From: an uncultured Chloroflexia bacterium
GTDB taxonomy: Bacteria > Chloroflexota > Limnocylindria > QHBO01
Reading direction: 5' to 3'
NCBI GenBank assembly: GCA_963827475.1
Contig: CAWHAZ010000005.1
Coordinates: 224,001-288,000 of the forward strand
Length of the DNA: 64,000 nucleotides
The position numbers and the translations under genes were made by a program. Under the pieces are notes generated by a model. The model was not told the origin of the DNA, searched no databases, and saw nothing but the letters and a program-made list of their open reading frames with translations. This document shows, piece by piece, positions 52,236-62,790 of the stretch (position 1 is its first letter; each line of letters opens with the position of its first letter).

Positions 52236-52787
52236 GTGACCGATTCCCCCTCCGCCGACGTCGTCGTCTCCGAACGGCTGTTCCTGCCCCTGCTCACGGC
52301 CGGCCGCCTGGAACGGATGCTGAACGGGGACATCGCATCGGTCGGGGTCGAAGTCGGTGTCAGGCTCCCCGGCTGGTGGATGGAGGAGCGGGACTGGCTG
52401 CTCCGCACCCGGCTTCGCCAGATCCAGGGCGACCCTGCCAGCGAGCCCTGGCTCCTGCGACCGATCGCAATGCGGACCGCTGAGCCGGAGGCGATCGGAC
52501 TCATCAACTTCCACGGTCCTCCCGACGACCGCGGCTTCGTCGAGGTCGGCTACGAGCTCCGTCCCGAGTTCCGGGGGCAGGGGTACGCGATCGAGGCGGT
52601 CCGCGCTCTCTTCGACTGGGCAGCGCGCGAGCGCGGCATCCGGCGCTTCCGGGCGGGGATCGCCCCGGGGAACGAGCGCTCGATCAACCTCGTCACCAAG
52701 CTCGGCATGGGCCGGGTCGGCGCGCAGTGGGACGAGGATGATGGCCTGGAGCTGCTCTACACCGTGGAGCGGTGGGGGATGGCCTAG
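52236..52787 (+). CDS. GNAT N-acetyltransferase (RimJ/RimL-like)
   Basis: EVGYEL..FRGQGYAIEA and NERSINLVTKLGM motifs. Confidence 0.88.
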   Translation: MTDSPSADVVVSERLFLPLLTAGRLERMLNGDIASVGVEVGVRLPGWWMEERDWLLRTRLRQIQGDPASEPWLLRPIAMRTAEPEAIGLINFHGPPDDRGFVEVGYELRPEFRGQGYAIEAVRALFDWAARERGIRRFRAGIAPGNERSINLVTKLGMGRVGAQWDEDDGLELLYTVERWGMA

Positions 52788-53705
52788 AGCCAGTCGCTCC
52801 CGGAGCCGCGGGCGTCCTCGGCGTGGACCAGGACGCCGGAATCGAGCTCCGACTCGAACAGGGCCAGCTCCTCGTCCGGGATCCCGTAGCCATGCTCCTC
52901 GGCGGGGAAGGCCCCGCTGCGCACCTCGCCCGCATACGTCCCCAGGGCCGTTCGGATGTCCTCGGCCAGGTGGGCGTAGCGCTTCACGAAGCGCGGGGCT
53001 CGCCCTTCGGTCAGGCCCAGCAGGTCGTGCCAGACCAGGACCTGCCCATCGCAGCCTGGTCCCGCGCCGATGCCGATGGTCGGGATCCGCAGCGCCTGGC
53101 TGATGCGGGTGGCGACGCGGGGCGGGGACGGCCTCGAGCACGATCGCGAAGCAGCCGGCGTCCTGCAGGGCCAGGGCATCGGCCAGCAGGCCCCGTGCGG
53201 CGGCCGCCGTCCGACCCTGGGCCTTGTAGCCGCCGAGCATGGTGGCGGACTGGGGCGTGAGCCCGATGTGACCCATGACCGGGATGCCCGCCCCGACGAT
53301 CGCCCGCACCCGAGACAGCGACGCGCCGCCGCCCTCGAGCTTGACCGCGTCGGCGTCGGACTCCTTGACGAACCGGACCGCGTTGGACACCGCCTCGCCG
53401 TCGGAGACCTGGAACGAACCAAACGGCATGTCCGCCACGAGCAGCGCCCGATGGGCGCCTCTCCGCGCGGCCCGGGTCAGGACGATCATCTCGTCCACGG
53501 TGGCCGGGACGGTGGAGTCGTGCCCGAGCACGACCATTGCCGCCGAGTCGCCGACCAGGATCAGCTCGATCCCTGCCTCGTCCGCCAGGCGGGCGCCGGG
53601 GGCGTCGTACGCCGTGACCATCACGATCCGCTCGCCCTTCGGCTTCATGGCCGCCAGCTCGGGCAGGGAGAAGCGCGGGCGGTCGGTCGGCGTCTCAGTG
53701 GTCAT
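52784..53705 (-). CDS. panB: 3-methyl-2-oxobutanoate hydroxymethyltransferase, frameshift near 53125
   Basis: MVTAYD, LVGDS, ADMPFGS, VKLEGG, MGHIGLTPQ, then PTIGIGAG..DGQVLVWHD in the shifted frame. Confidence 0.93.
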
Positions 53706-54535
53706 CGGTCAGTCCACCTCCAGCGGCATCTTCGTCGGTCAGCAGAACGTTGTCTATCAGCCGGGTGGGACCGATGCGGACCGCCGCGGCCAGGGTCGGC
53801 CCGTCGAACGCGGCGATCGCGACGTAGTCCACCTCGACGCCCTCGGCGCGTGTCGAGGATTGCCCGCGCGGCCTCCACCGGGTCGCCGCCGGACCGATGG
53901 GCGGCCAGCCCGGCGTCGAGTGCCCGGGGCAGGGCCAGGGCCTGCGCCCGCTCGGCGGCGGACAGGTAGGCGTTGCGGGACGACAGGGCGAGCCCATCGG
54001 TGTCGCGCACCGTGGGCATGACCCGCAGGGTGATCCGTGGCTCGAGGTCGAGGTCGCGCAGCAGGGCGCGGATGACGGCGACCTGCTGGGCATCCTTGCG
54101 CCCGAAGTACACGCGTCGCGGCTCCACCAGGTGGAAGAGCTTGAGGCAGACGGTGGCCACGCCCCGGAAGTGGCCCGGGCGCACCGCTCCTTCGAGCGTC
54201 TCGGCCAGCGTCCCCGGATCGACCCACGTGTCGAAGCCCGGTGGATAGATCTCCTCCGGCGGGGGAGCGAACAGGATGTCGACCCCGGCGGCCTCCGCCA
54301 CGCTCGCATCCCGGGCCTCGTCGCGCGGGTAGGCGCCGAAGTCCTCCGCCGGCCCGAACTGGGCGGGGTTCACGAACAGCGACACGGCCACCTTCCGGTT
54401 CTCGTCGCGCGCGGCCGCGAAGAGCGAGCGGTGGCCGTCGTGAAACGCGCCCATGGTCGGCACCAACCCGACGTCGTCGCCGGATTGACCGGCCAGGGCC
54501 GTGCGGAGCTCGACTGCGCTGCGCACCACCTCCAT
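53695..54535 (-). CDS. panC: Pantoate--beta-alanine ligase, frameshift near 53850
   Basis: VPTMGAFHDGH, SLFVNPAQF, RPGHFRGV, FGRKDAQQ, DGLALSSRN, then RLIDN in the shifted frame. Confidence 0.93.
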
Positions 54536-55230
54536 CAGGACCGGTCCTCGGCCGCCACCGCCCGGGTCGCCTCGGCCAGCGCCCGGTACACCGGCTCGAC
54601 GTCCGGCGTGCGCTCACCGATCGCGGCGAGGTGGGCCTCCACCGTGCTCCAGTCGCCGCGCGCGATCGGCCCGGTCAGCTGGAAGCCGTTCTCGATCACC
54701 CGCCGCATGAGCGGCACGAGGGCTTCGGGCGGGGCGCCGCTCTCCGCCAGCAGGCGCGCCGCGACCCGGTACAGGGTGACGAGGAAGTTGGAGGCCATGG
54801 CCGCGCCGGCGTGGTAGAGCGCCTTGTCCGCGTCGGCCAGGACGAACGGCTGCAGGCCGAGGCGCTCGGCCAGCCACTGGGCCGTGGCGCCGGCCTCCGG
54901 CGTCTCGAAGGTCAACGCCGCCCATGCGCCCTCGAGCTGCTCCGGCCCGCGATCGGTGGTCAGCGTCTGGAGCGGATGGAGGCTGAACCGGCGCTCGTGG
55001 GGTGACAGCGCCGTGACGGAGGTGGCGCCCGAGACGTGGGCGACCCACGGACCGATCGGCACTGCCTGCGCGACCTCGCCGATCACCGCATCGGGGACCG
55101 CGATCAGGACCAGCTCGGCGGACGGGTCGATCTCCCGCCCGCTGGTGACGGCGAGCCCGGCGTCCCGCAGCCGCCCGGCGAGCGCGGTGCCGGCTCGACC
55201 GCTACCCACGACGTGGACCGATCCGATCAC
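54535..55230 (-). CDS. panG: Rossmann-like/DUF2520 protein, probable ketopantoate reductase PanG
   Basis: GSGRAG, HVSGA, HPLQT, YHAGAAMASN and LTGPIARGD motifs; first gene of the pan operon. Confidence 0.78.
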   Translation of the reverse strand: MIGSVHVVGSGRAGTALAGRLRDAGLAVTSGREIDPSAELVLIAVPDAVIGEVAQAVPIGPWVAHVSGATSVTALSPHERRFSLHPLQTLTTDRGPEQLEGAWAALTFETPEAGATAQWLAERLGLQPFVLADADKALYHAGAAMASNFLVTLYRVAARLLAESGAPPEALVPLMRRVIENGFQLTGPIARGDWSTVEAHLAAIGERTPDVEPVYRALAEATRAVAAEDRS

Positions 55231-55270
55231 GGGCAGAGTCTAGTGGGCGCCCTCCGCCCCCGGCGCGGGG

Positions 55271-55762
55271 TCAGAAGGGCTTGGTGATCATCAGCCAGAC
55301 GATGGCCGCCAGGCCGATGAGCCCGACCGCGGTGAGCTCCACGGGTCGTGACGAGCCCAGCAGGGTCTCGAGCTGGCCGGGGTTGGGGGTCGGGTCGATA
55401 TCCTTCTTGCGGTCGTACGCCCCGCGCAGACCGAGGGCATGGCGCACCTGGTCGAAGTAGCGCACGCCGCGGATGGACATCCAGGCCCACACGACGAGGA
55501 GGATGCCCAGCGATGCCCAGATCCAGCCCTCTCCCCAGTAGTCGCCCACGAACGCGGCGACGATCCCGGTGAGCGTCACCACGATCAACATCAGGGTGGC
55601 GATCCGCACCGCGAACAGCGACAGGTCGAGCAGGGCGCCGAGTCGCACCGGGTCGCGCTCATCGCGGAGGCGGAGGCTCACGAAGACCGAGACGCCGTGG
55701 GCCAGGACGAACGCGAACGCGGACGCGACGTGCAGCCAGAACAGGATCCGGGCGAGGTCCAT
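55271..55762 (-). CDS. Small multi-TM membrane protein (DUF2269-like)
   Basis: N-terminal LHV, internal GWIW and C-terminal LMITKPF motifs. Confidence 0.65.
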   Translation of the reverse strand: MDLARILFWLHVASAFAFVLAHGVSVFVSLRLRDERDPVRLGALLDLSLFAVRIATLMLIVVTLTGIVAAFVGDYWGEGWIWASLGILLVVWAWMSIRGVRYFDQVRHALGLRGAYDRKKDIDPTPNPGQLETLLGSSRPVELTAVGLIGLAAIVWLMITKPF

Positions 55763-55810
55763 CGGTCGGGATGGTACCGATCGCCGGCGGTGGCCGGCGC
55801 GGCAGATCGA

Positions 55811-56611
55811 CTACGCCGGCTCCCAGTGGTAGTCGCCGGTGAACAGCCCGTCGACGATGCCGATCTGGTAGGCGAGATACAGGCCGAAGGCGATGGACAG
55901 GATGCCCATGCTCACCGTGAGCCAGCGGTTGATCCGCTCCGAGCGGGCGCGGCTGACCAGGAACGGCAGACCGATGACGGTGGTCAGGATGGCCATCCCA
56001 GCGGCGACCCCGGCGCAGAAGATGACGAGGTAGGCGAGGGCCTGCTGCGGATCGCTGATCGTGGTCAGGACGAGGAGCGCGACCGCGGCTGAGCCGGCCA
56101 GGCCGTGGACCAGGCCCACGACCACGGGGCGGCCGAGCTGGTACCAACCGACCGTGTCGCGCAGGTCGCGGAGGCTGCCCAGCGCCGCATCGGTCCCATG
56201 CCCATGGAGGTGCGCATGCTCGTGGCCGTGCATGTCGGCGTCCTCGTGAGCATGCCGGTGCTCGTGGTCATGGCCGTGCAGCGGTGCCGGCGGGGTGAGC
56301 CGTTCGGTGATCCCGCGCAGGGCACCGGTGAGGCTGAGGACGCCCAGCACGATGAGCATCACCGCGACGGCCAGCTCCATGGCCAGTCCCAGCGCCGGCG
56401 GGATCACGACCCCGAAGACGATGATCGCCATCCCGACCACCAACACGGTGATGCTGTGGCCGAGGCCCCAGAGCGCACCGATGAGGGTCGAGTGCGCGAA
56501 GCGGCGGGTCCGCGACAGGATGGTGGTGACCGCGATCACGTGGTCCGCGTCGGTCGCATGTCGCATGCCGAGCACGAACCCGAATCCGGCCAGGGCCAGC
56601 AGTTCGCTCAT
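55811..56611 (-). CDS. Nickel/cobalt transporter (NiCoT/UreH-like)
   Basis: LGMRHATDADH, WGLGH, His-rich loop HGHDHEHRHAH...HGHEHAHLHGH and GLVHGLAGS. Confidence 0.88.
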   Translation of the reverse strand: MSELLALAGFGFVLGMRHATDADHVIAVTTILSRTRRFAHSTLIGALWGLGHSITVLVVGMAIIVFGVVIPPALGLAMELAVAVMLIVLGVLSLTGALRGITERLTPPAPLHGHDHEHRHAHEDADMHGHEHAHLHGHGTDAALGSLRDLRDTVGWYQLGRPVVVGLVHGLAGSAAVALLVLTTISDPQQALAYLVIFCAGVAAGMAILTTVIGLPFLVSRARSERINRWLTVSMGILSIAFGLYLAYQIGIVDGLFTGDYHWEPA

Positions 56612-56674
56612 GCGCTCCTTCCTCGGTCGGGCGATCGAGATTGTACCGATGTCCCCTCCCTATCCTTACGGGGC

Positions 56675-57583
56675 ATGGCTGTTCCCGCATCACCGGCCAC
56701 GTTTCTCGGCCTGCCCGCGGCCGATCCCGGATCGCTGCGTGGCGGCGTGGCGATCCTCGGCGTGCCGCATGGTGTCCGCTATCCGGAGGGCGCGGCCACG
56801 GGCAGCGCCGCGGCGCCAGCGGCCATCCGGAGCGGCTCGCAGCGGCTCGCGCCGTTCGTCGGCAACCACGACTTCGACACCGGCGCCCCGATGCTCCCGA
56901 ACGTCGAGCAGGTCGTGGACTGCGGTGACGTCCCCGGGGATCCGTCCGACAGGGCCGGCAGTGCCGCGCAGGCCGAGGCCGTCGTCCGAGGCCTGCTCGA
57001 GCGGGACGTGATCCCGGTCGTGCTCGGCGGCGACGACTCGATCCCCATCCCGGTCCTCGCCGCGTTCGACGGCCACGGGCCGCTGACCGTGCTGCAGGTC
57101 GACGCCCATCTCGACTTCCGGCACGAGGTCGGGGGCGAGACCCGCGGCTACTCCTCGCCGATGCGGCGCGCCTCGGAGATGGATCACGTCGAGCGGGTCG
57201 TGCAGGTCGGCCTGCGCGGGGTGGGCAGTGCCCGCCCACGGGACGTGGAGGATGCCCGCACCGCCGGCGGCCTGCTGGTCACCGCTCGCGAGGTTCGGGA
57301 ACGCGGGGTGGGCTGGGTGCTGGACCAGATCCCCGCCGGCGCATCGGTCTTCATCGCCTTCGACCTGGACGGGCTCGACCCAAGCCTGTGCCCGGCCGTC
57401 AACGCGCCGGTGCCCGGCGGACTGTCGTGGGACGAGGCTGCCGACCTGCTGTCGGGCGTTGCGGCTCGGTGTCGGGTGGTCGGCGCCGCATTCACCGAGC
57501 TGGCCCCGGACCGCGACCCGTCGGGCGCCTCGGCGGTCGTGGCCGCGCGGCTGGTGATTCGGCTACTCTCTGCCCTCCCGTGA
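56675..57583 (+). CDS. Arginase/agmatinase-family ureohydrolase with atypical metal site
   Basis: APAAIR, DCGDV, GGDDSI, DAHLD, QVGLRG, DLDGLDP, PGGLS and TELAP motifs. Confidence 0.88.
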   Translation: MAVPASPATFLGLPAADPGSLRGGVAILGVPHGVRYPEGAATGSAAAPAAIRSGSQRLAPFVGNHDFDTGAPMLPNVEQVVDCGDVPGDPSDRAGSAAQAEAVVRGLLERDVIPVVLGGDDSIPIPVLAAFDGHGPLTVLQVDAHLDFRHEVGGETRGYSSPMRRASEMDHVERVVQVGLRGVGSARPRDVEDARTAGGLLVTAREVRERGVGWVLDQIPAGASVFIAFDLDGLDPSLCPAVNAPVPGGLSWDEAADLLSGVAARCRVVGAAFTELAPDRDPSGASAVVAARLVIRLLSALP

Positions 57584-58626
57584 GTACCGCCAGCGGCGGT
57601 TCGACCGCCGACACCCTCGCCATCGAGGCGAATGACCTGGTCCGGACCTATCGGACGCACACCGGTGTGGTCCGCCGGCGATCGCTGGAGGTCGAAGCGG
57701 TCCGCGGCATCAGCTTCAACGTCCGCAACGGGGAGCTGTTCGGCCTGCTCGGACCGAACGGAGCGGGCAAGACGACGACGATCAAGATGCTCGTCACCCT
57801 TCTCCTCCCCACGTCCGGCACGGCCCGGGTCATGGGCTACGACGTCGTCCGCGACACGACCGAGGTCCGCAAGCGGATCGGCTACGTGTTCGGCGGCGAG
57901 GGCGGCCTGTACGACCGGATCAGCGGCCTCGACAACCTGCGATTCTTCGCGGAGCTGTACGGGGTGGAACCGGCCGCCCAGCGGCCGCGGATCGACGCCC
58001 TGCTGGACCTCGTCGGTCTCGCCGGTCGGGAGCGGGAGAAGGTGGAGGGCTACTCGCGCGGCATGCGCCAGCGGCTGCACATCGCGCGCGGCCTGCTCCA
58101 CGACCCGCCCGTCCTGTTCCTCGACGAGCCGTCGCTGGGCCTCGACCCGGTGGGCGCCCGCGAGCTGCGCCGAACCATCGCCGACCTGGTGGCGGGCGGG
58201 AAGACCGTGCTGATGACCACGCATTACATGTTCGAGGCCGATGCGCTGTGCGAGCGGATCGCGGTCATCAACGGCGGCAGGATCGTGGCCACCGGCACCG
58301 GGTCCGACCTGAAGGCGGTGATCGCCAACCGAACCATCGTCGAGATCGAGACCTACGGCGTGACCGCGGAAGCGGTCGACCGCCTGCGGGCCGACCCGGA
58401 CGTGATCGCGGTCAACACCGAGGACCAGGACCAGTCCCAGATCCTCCTCGTCCAGTCCGAGCGCGGGACCGAGATCACGCAGCGCCTGATCCAGCAGCTG
58501 GGCGACACCCGGATCGGCAAGATCTCCGCCCGCGAGCCGACGCTGGAGGACGCCTACGTCCACCTCATCGCGAGCACCGGTGGCGAGGACGGGAATGGCG
58601 CGGCCCGGGCGGCGGCGGTGGCCTGA
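57580..58626 (+). CDS. ABC transporter ATP-binding protein
   Basis: GPNGAGKTT, YSRGMRQR, LFLDEP and TTHYM motifs; GTG overlaps the hydrolase stop. Confidence 0.93.
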   Translation: MSTASGGSTADTLAIEANDLVRTYRTHTGVVRRRSLEVEAVRGISFNVRNGELFGLLGPNGAGKTTTIKMLVTLLLPTSGTARVMGYDVVRDTTEVRKRIGYVFGGEGGLYDRISGLDNLRFFAELYGVEPAAQRPRIDALLDLVGLAGREREKVEGYSRGMRQRLHIARGLLHDPPVLFLDEPSLGLDPVGARELRRTIADLVAGGKTVLMTTHYMFEADALCERIAVINGGRIVATGTGSDLKAVIANRTIVEIETYGVTAEAVDRLRADPDVIAVNTEDQDQSQILLVQSERGTEITQRLIQQLGDTRIGKISAREPTLEDAYVHLIASTGGEDGNGAARAAAVA

Positions 58627-58629
58627 CCG

Positions 58630-59433
58630 ATGACCGTTCTCGGCTCGTTCCGATCGGATGCCCACCAGGTCGCCCGGGTGTGGGCGTTCACCATGCGGAT
58701 CTTCCTGATCAGCGACTTCTTCATCCTGACCGCCGTCGTCCAGCCGATCATCTTTGCCAGCATCGCCTTCTTCCTGTTCGAGGTCGGTGGCGACGCGGCC
58801 GGCGAGCAGACGCTGCTCTTCGCCGCGCTGGGCACCGGGATGATGGGGGTGTGGTCGACGACCCTGTTCGGCGGGGGCGGGGCCATCGCCTGGCAGCGCT
58901 GGGAGCGCACCCTCGAGCTGCTGGTGGCCGCTCCGCGCCGGTACGACCTGACCCTGCTCGGCCAGACGCTGGCCACCACCACGTTCGGGTTCTACTCGAT
59001 GATCGCCACCCTGGCCTGGGGCGTGCTGCTGTTCGGGATGCCGCTCGACGCCAACTGGCCGCTCCTCCTGCCGCTGTCCCTGCTGGTCGCGGTCATCGGG
59101 CTCGGGATCATGGGCATGCTGCTGGCCACGACGTTCGTCCTGTACCGCCACGCCAATGCCCTGAGCAACCTGCTCGAGTACCCGGTCTGGATCGCGACCG
59201 GGATGCTGGTGCCGCTCGCCCTCCTCCCCGGTTGGCTGGGCCCGATCAGCTGGGTCCTGCTGCCGACCTGGGCGGTGGAGGCCATCCGCGGGGCGGCGAT
59301 CGGCGCGGAGCCGCCGTGGCTGGCCATCGCGATGTGCCTGATCCTGGCGGTCATCTACTACGTCATCGCCCGACGGGTCCTGGTCTACGTCATCGACAAG
59401 GCCCGGCGCGACGCGACCCTCAACCTGGCCTGA
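58630..59433 (+). CDS. ABC-2 transporter permease
   Basis: About 6 TM helices; QRWERTLELL and LPGWL motifs. Confidence 0.85.
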   Translation: MTVLGSFRSDAHQVARVWAFTMRIFLISDFFILTAVVQPIIFASIAFFLFEVGGDAAGEQTLLFAALGTGMMGVWSTTLFGGGGAIAWQRWERTLELLVAAPRRYDLTLLGQTLATTTFGFYSMIATLAWGVLLFGMPLDANWPLLLPLSLLVAVIGLGIMGMLLATTFVLYRHANALSNLLEYPVWIATGMLVPLALLPGWLGPISWVLLPTWAVEAIRGAAIGAEPPWLAIAMCLILAVIYYVIARRVLVYVIDKARRDATLNLA

Positions 59434-59440
59434 TCGCGCC

Positions 59441-60274
59441 GTGTCCGCCATCCCGGCATCGACCGTTCCCTCCCAGCCGGGGTCGTTGCGCGCGAACTGG
59501 CGGATCTTCTGGCACGGGGGCCGACTGAGCTACACCGCGCTGTTCAACTGGGCTCGACCCTCGATCTACATCCCCACCATGCTCGGCGCGCCCACCTTCC
59601 AGATCCTGTTCTTCGCCGCCCTGGGCAGCTACGCGACCGGGATGGATCCGGAGTTCTTTGCCATCGGCAACGCCGTCCAGGTCTGCGCCATGTCGGGCAT
59701 CTACGGCATGACCATGGCCGTCGCCAACGAGCGGTGGTTCGGGACCCTGGCGGCCCTGATGGCCAGCCCCGCGAATCGGGCCGCGCTGTTCGGCGGGCGG
59801 TTCATTCCGTTCATCGTCAACGGGTTCCTCGTCTCGGCCTACGGATTCCTCCTGTGCTGGATCTTCCTCGGCGTGCGCTTCGATGCCGCGACCCTGGGCG
59901 TCATGGTGCTGGCCATGATCGTGACCGCGTTCTCGTGCTCGGCCATCGGCGCGGTCCAGGGCGGCATCTCTCTGCGCATGAGGGACGGGCTGTTCGGCGC
60001 GAACCTGCTCGTCTTCCTGTTCCTGCTGTTCTGCGGGGTGAACATCCCGCTCGAGGCGCTCCCACCGTGGATGCAGGCCGTGAGCCAGGTGCTGCCCTTC
60101 ACCCACGGGCTGGAGGCCGTGCGGCAGGCGATCGACGGCGCCACGCTTGCCGAGGTCGGCAACCTGATCGGGATCGAGTTCCTCATCGGCATGGCCTACG
60201 CCATCGCCGCGTTCTTCCTGTTCCGCTGGCTGGAGCGCGGTTCCTACCGGAACGCGACCCTCGACGCCCGGTGA
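59441..60274 (+). CDS. ABC-2 transporter permease
   Basis: ERWFGTL, CGVNIP..LPPWM and LPFTHG motifs. Confidence 0.85.
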   Translation: MSAIPASTVPSQPGSLRANWRIFWHGGRLSYTALFNWARPSIYIPTMLGAPTFQILFFAALGSYATGMDPEFFAIGNAVQVCAMSGIYGMTMAVANERWFGTLAALMASPANRAALFGGRFIPFIVNGFLVSAYGFLLCWIFLGVRFDAATLGVMVLAMIVTAFSCSAIGAVQGGISLRMRDGLFGANLLVFLFLLFCGVNIPLEALPPWMQAVSQVLPFTHGLEAVRQAIDGATLAEVGNLIGIEFLIGMAYAIAAFFLFRWLERGSYRNATLDAR

Positions 60275-60301
60275 CCTGCTGAACCGTTCCTAGCCGAGCG
60301 T

Positions 60302-60329
60302 GACGGGGGCGCCGGGCGCCGCCCCCGTC
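60302..60329. terminator. GC-rich hairpin between convergent genes
   Basis: GACGGGGGCG-N8-CGCCCCCGTC; no U-tract. Confidence 0.5.
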
Positions 60330-60354
60330 CGTGCCGCGTAGCCGAGGTGCCCGA

Positions 60355-62561
60355 CTAGGGTCGGCCGCGCAGGATTTCTCGGAGCACTCGGCCCTGGGCC
60401 TGCGCGGGATCCGGCACCCCGAGCAGATACGCGAGGGTGGGCGCCAGGTCGATCACCTCGATTCCGCTGAAGGCGCCTCTCCGGATCTCGTGGCCGCCGG
60501 CCAGGAAGGTGGCTCGCATGTTGATGTTCGCCGCCAGGTCCTGGACGTCGGGCACATACCCGTGCTGGCCAAAGAACGCCGATCTGGCGATCAACGTGCC
60601 CGGCGTCGCCGCATCGAACTGGTACGGCGGGTACGAGAAGACCACGACATCGCCGGTCCGCATCGGATGCGACATGTCGGTTGTGGTTCCCGGGCCGGTC
60701 GGGATGGTGTTGGCGTCTGCCTTGGTGTAGGCCCGATCGATGACCGTCCAAGCCTCCGGATTGCCGTCGCCGGTCCAGTCGTTGGGATCGGTCAGACCCA
60801 GGTACTCGGCCTTGATGGCGGCGACGGTCGCCGCCTCGTCCTCGGCCGCGACCTGCATGAAGGGTCCCGCGGGATCACGCCCAGCCAGGTTGAGGTAGAT
60901 CTGGAGCGCTCCTCCCGCCCAGCAGGCCTTCGCCTTGCCGATGGTCTCGCCGAACGCCAGCCGGCAGTTCGCGGTCTGCGGGTTAGAGAGCAGCCCAAGG
61001 TCGACGAGCACTTCGCTGGCGTCGATGGCGAGGAACTGGGGCGCGAAACCGTGGTCCGAGCCCACGAACGTCGTCGCGTGCTTGGGCATCAGCGACTGAA
61101 CCAGGGCCAGGGTGGCATCCGCCCCCTCATAGGCCCGACTGATGAACGCCTCGCGCTGCGAGACGCGCCCGTCAGGAGTGCCGTTGGATTGGACGTCGTC
61201 GTAGGCAGGGTTCGGGTCGCCGCCGGGCAGCGACGGCGAGATGAGGCCCAGGAACTGGTGCTGGAACTCATCGGTCACCGGATATCCGGCCAGGACCAGG
61301 TCCGGCTGGTAGGTCGTGAGGATGTACTCGATCAGCGGGTGGTGACCGGTCTCCCAGTACAGCCCCTGCTCGATGTAGGTCTCTTCGCTCACGATCCCAG
61401 CCTCGAGGACCGCGAAATCGCCGGCGGTCGAGACCGGGAACTCCTCGGCAACGAAGTCTGCGAAGTCGCCAACGAAGCCCGGCTCGCCGGGCCAGCCGAT
61501 CCAGCTGGCGGTGGCCCGCGTAACCGACGTGTGGAACAGCCGGTAGATCGGCGTCCCGTCTCCCGCGGTGTCCAGCCGCTCGACCTTCATGAGGAAGCCG
61601 CCGGTCTCGCCGTTCAGGAACGAGCCGGTGATGGTCACCTTCTGCTCCGCCCACTGCGCCCTCGGCGAGCTCGGCGACGGTGCCATTGGCGTAGTCCTTG
61701 TCGGTATCGAAGGCGACCGTGTCGTATTCGGCCGCGCCACCGGGAGATCCGAACAGGATCGCGTTCAGGCCGTAGCGGTCGGGGATGGGCGCGGTGAAGC
61801 CGTCCAGGACCCGCATCCTGGTTGAGCGGACGGGGACGTCGCTGGCCGGCAGGTTGGTCCATCCGTCATCGGCGGCGAGGGTCGTGCCGGCATAAGCCGC
61901 GTCCGGTGCCCAGAGGTTGCCGTTGGCGGTATTGCTCAGGCCGGGGTGGTCGAGGTTCGAGTCGAATTGGAGCCTGAACGACGAGGTGAATGGACCGCTG
62001 TCGTCGGGACTGATGTAGTTGGTGACGACGCCGCGTCCTGAGACGAAGCTGCGAAAGTCGACGGTCGGTCCATTGATGGCGCCGATGCGCCCGCCGGCCC
62101 ACTCGATCTGGGCCACCTTCAGGCCATCCGCTTCCGCGGACTGGGCGAGCGTCTGGGCCTGGAGGATGCCAGGCGTGAATGATCCCGTCGAGCTGTCGAA
62201 CGTGTTGCCGTTGATGTGGAAGGTGTTGTTCGTCGAGCCGTGGACGCCGGGCCAGGCGCCGGTCGCCATGCTGTACCAACCTGCACCGGTGTTCGGGGGT
62301 GCCTGGGTCAGCATCCCGCCGCCAGTCGGCCGATGCCCCCTTCTTCAGGAGGTCGGCGAAGGTCGGTAGCAGACCGTCAGCGACGTAGCCTGAAATCAGG
62401 TCCTGCCGCATCCCATCGGCGGCAAACAGGATCGCGGATGGCGGCTCGGCGGCGGCCGCCGAGCTGGGTGCGGCCACGTGGTTGGGGACCACAGCACCCA
62501 TGGCGAGGGCAAGTGCGAGGGGTAGGGCGGCAAGCCGGTGGATTCGTGTGCGGGTTGCCAT
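60355..62561 (-). CDS. Secreted alkaline-phosphatase-superfamily nucleotide pyrophosphatase/phosphodiesterase (frameshifts near 62330 and 61660)
   Basis: Signal peptide; FAADGMRQD, PPNTGAGW..ATGAWPGVHG, TDEFQH, SDHGF, GQHGY and DLAPTLA motifs across three ORFs. Confidence 0.8.
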
Positions 62562-62656
62562 CGTTTCCTCCGTTGCGTCACAGCGTGGGCGGGAAACGCT
62601 TACCGCACCTTACTACCGGAGGCTCTTCCGCTGCCTCAAGAGCTCTCGGCCGACGC

Positions 62657-62684
62657 GTCATTTCAAACACCCCGTTGACATGAC
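62657..62684. promoter_or_regulatory. Inverted repeat GTCATTTCAA-N8-TTGACATGAC in a divergent promoter region
   Basis: 10-bp arms with one mismatch; the right arm contains TTGACA. Confidence 0.5.
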
Positions 62685-62790
62685 CTGCGGGGTCCGGGTG
62701 GCAGGGCTCGGCCCATCGGGGTAGGGTGGACGGGTCACCCGGTGGGTCGCCCGACGCCGGACCGTTCGAACCGTCCTTGAGGGAATTGCT

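Noticed and set aside
52784..55230. pan operon lacking panE as a novel pathway
   Set aside because: DUF2520/PanG is an established alternative ketopantoate reductase commonly clustered with panBC.
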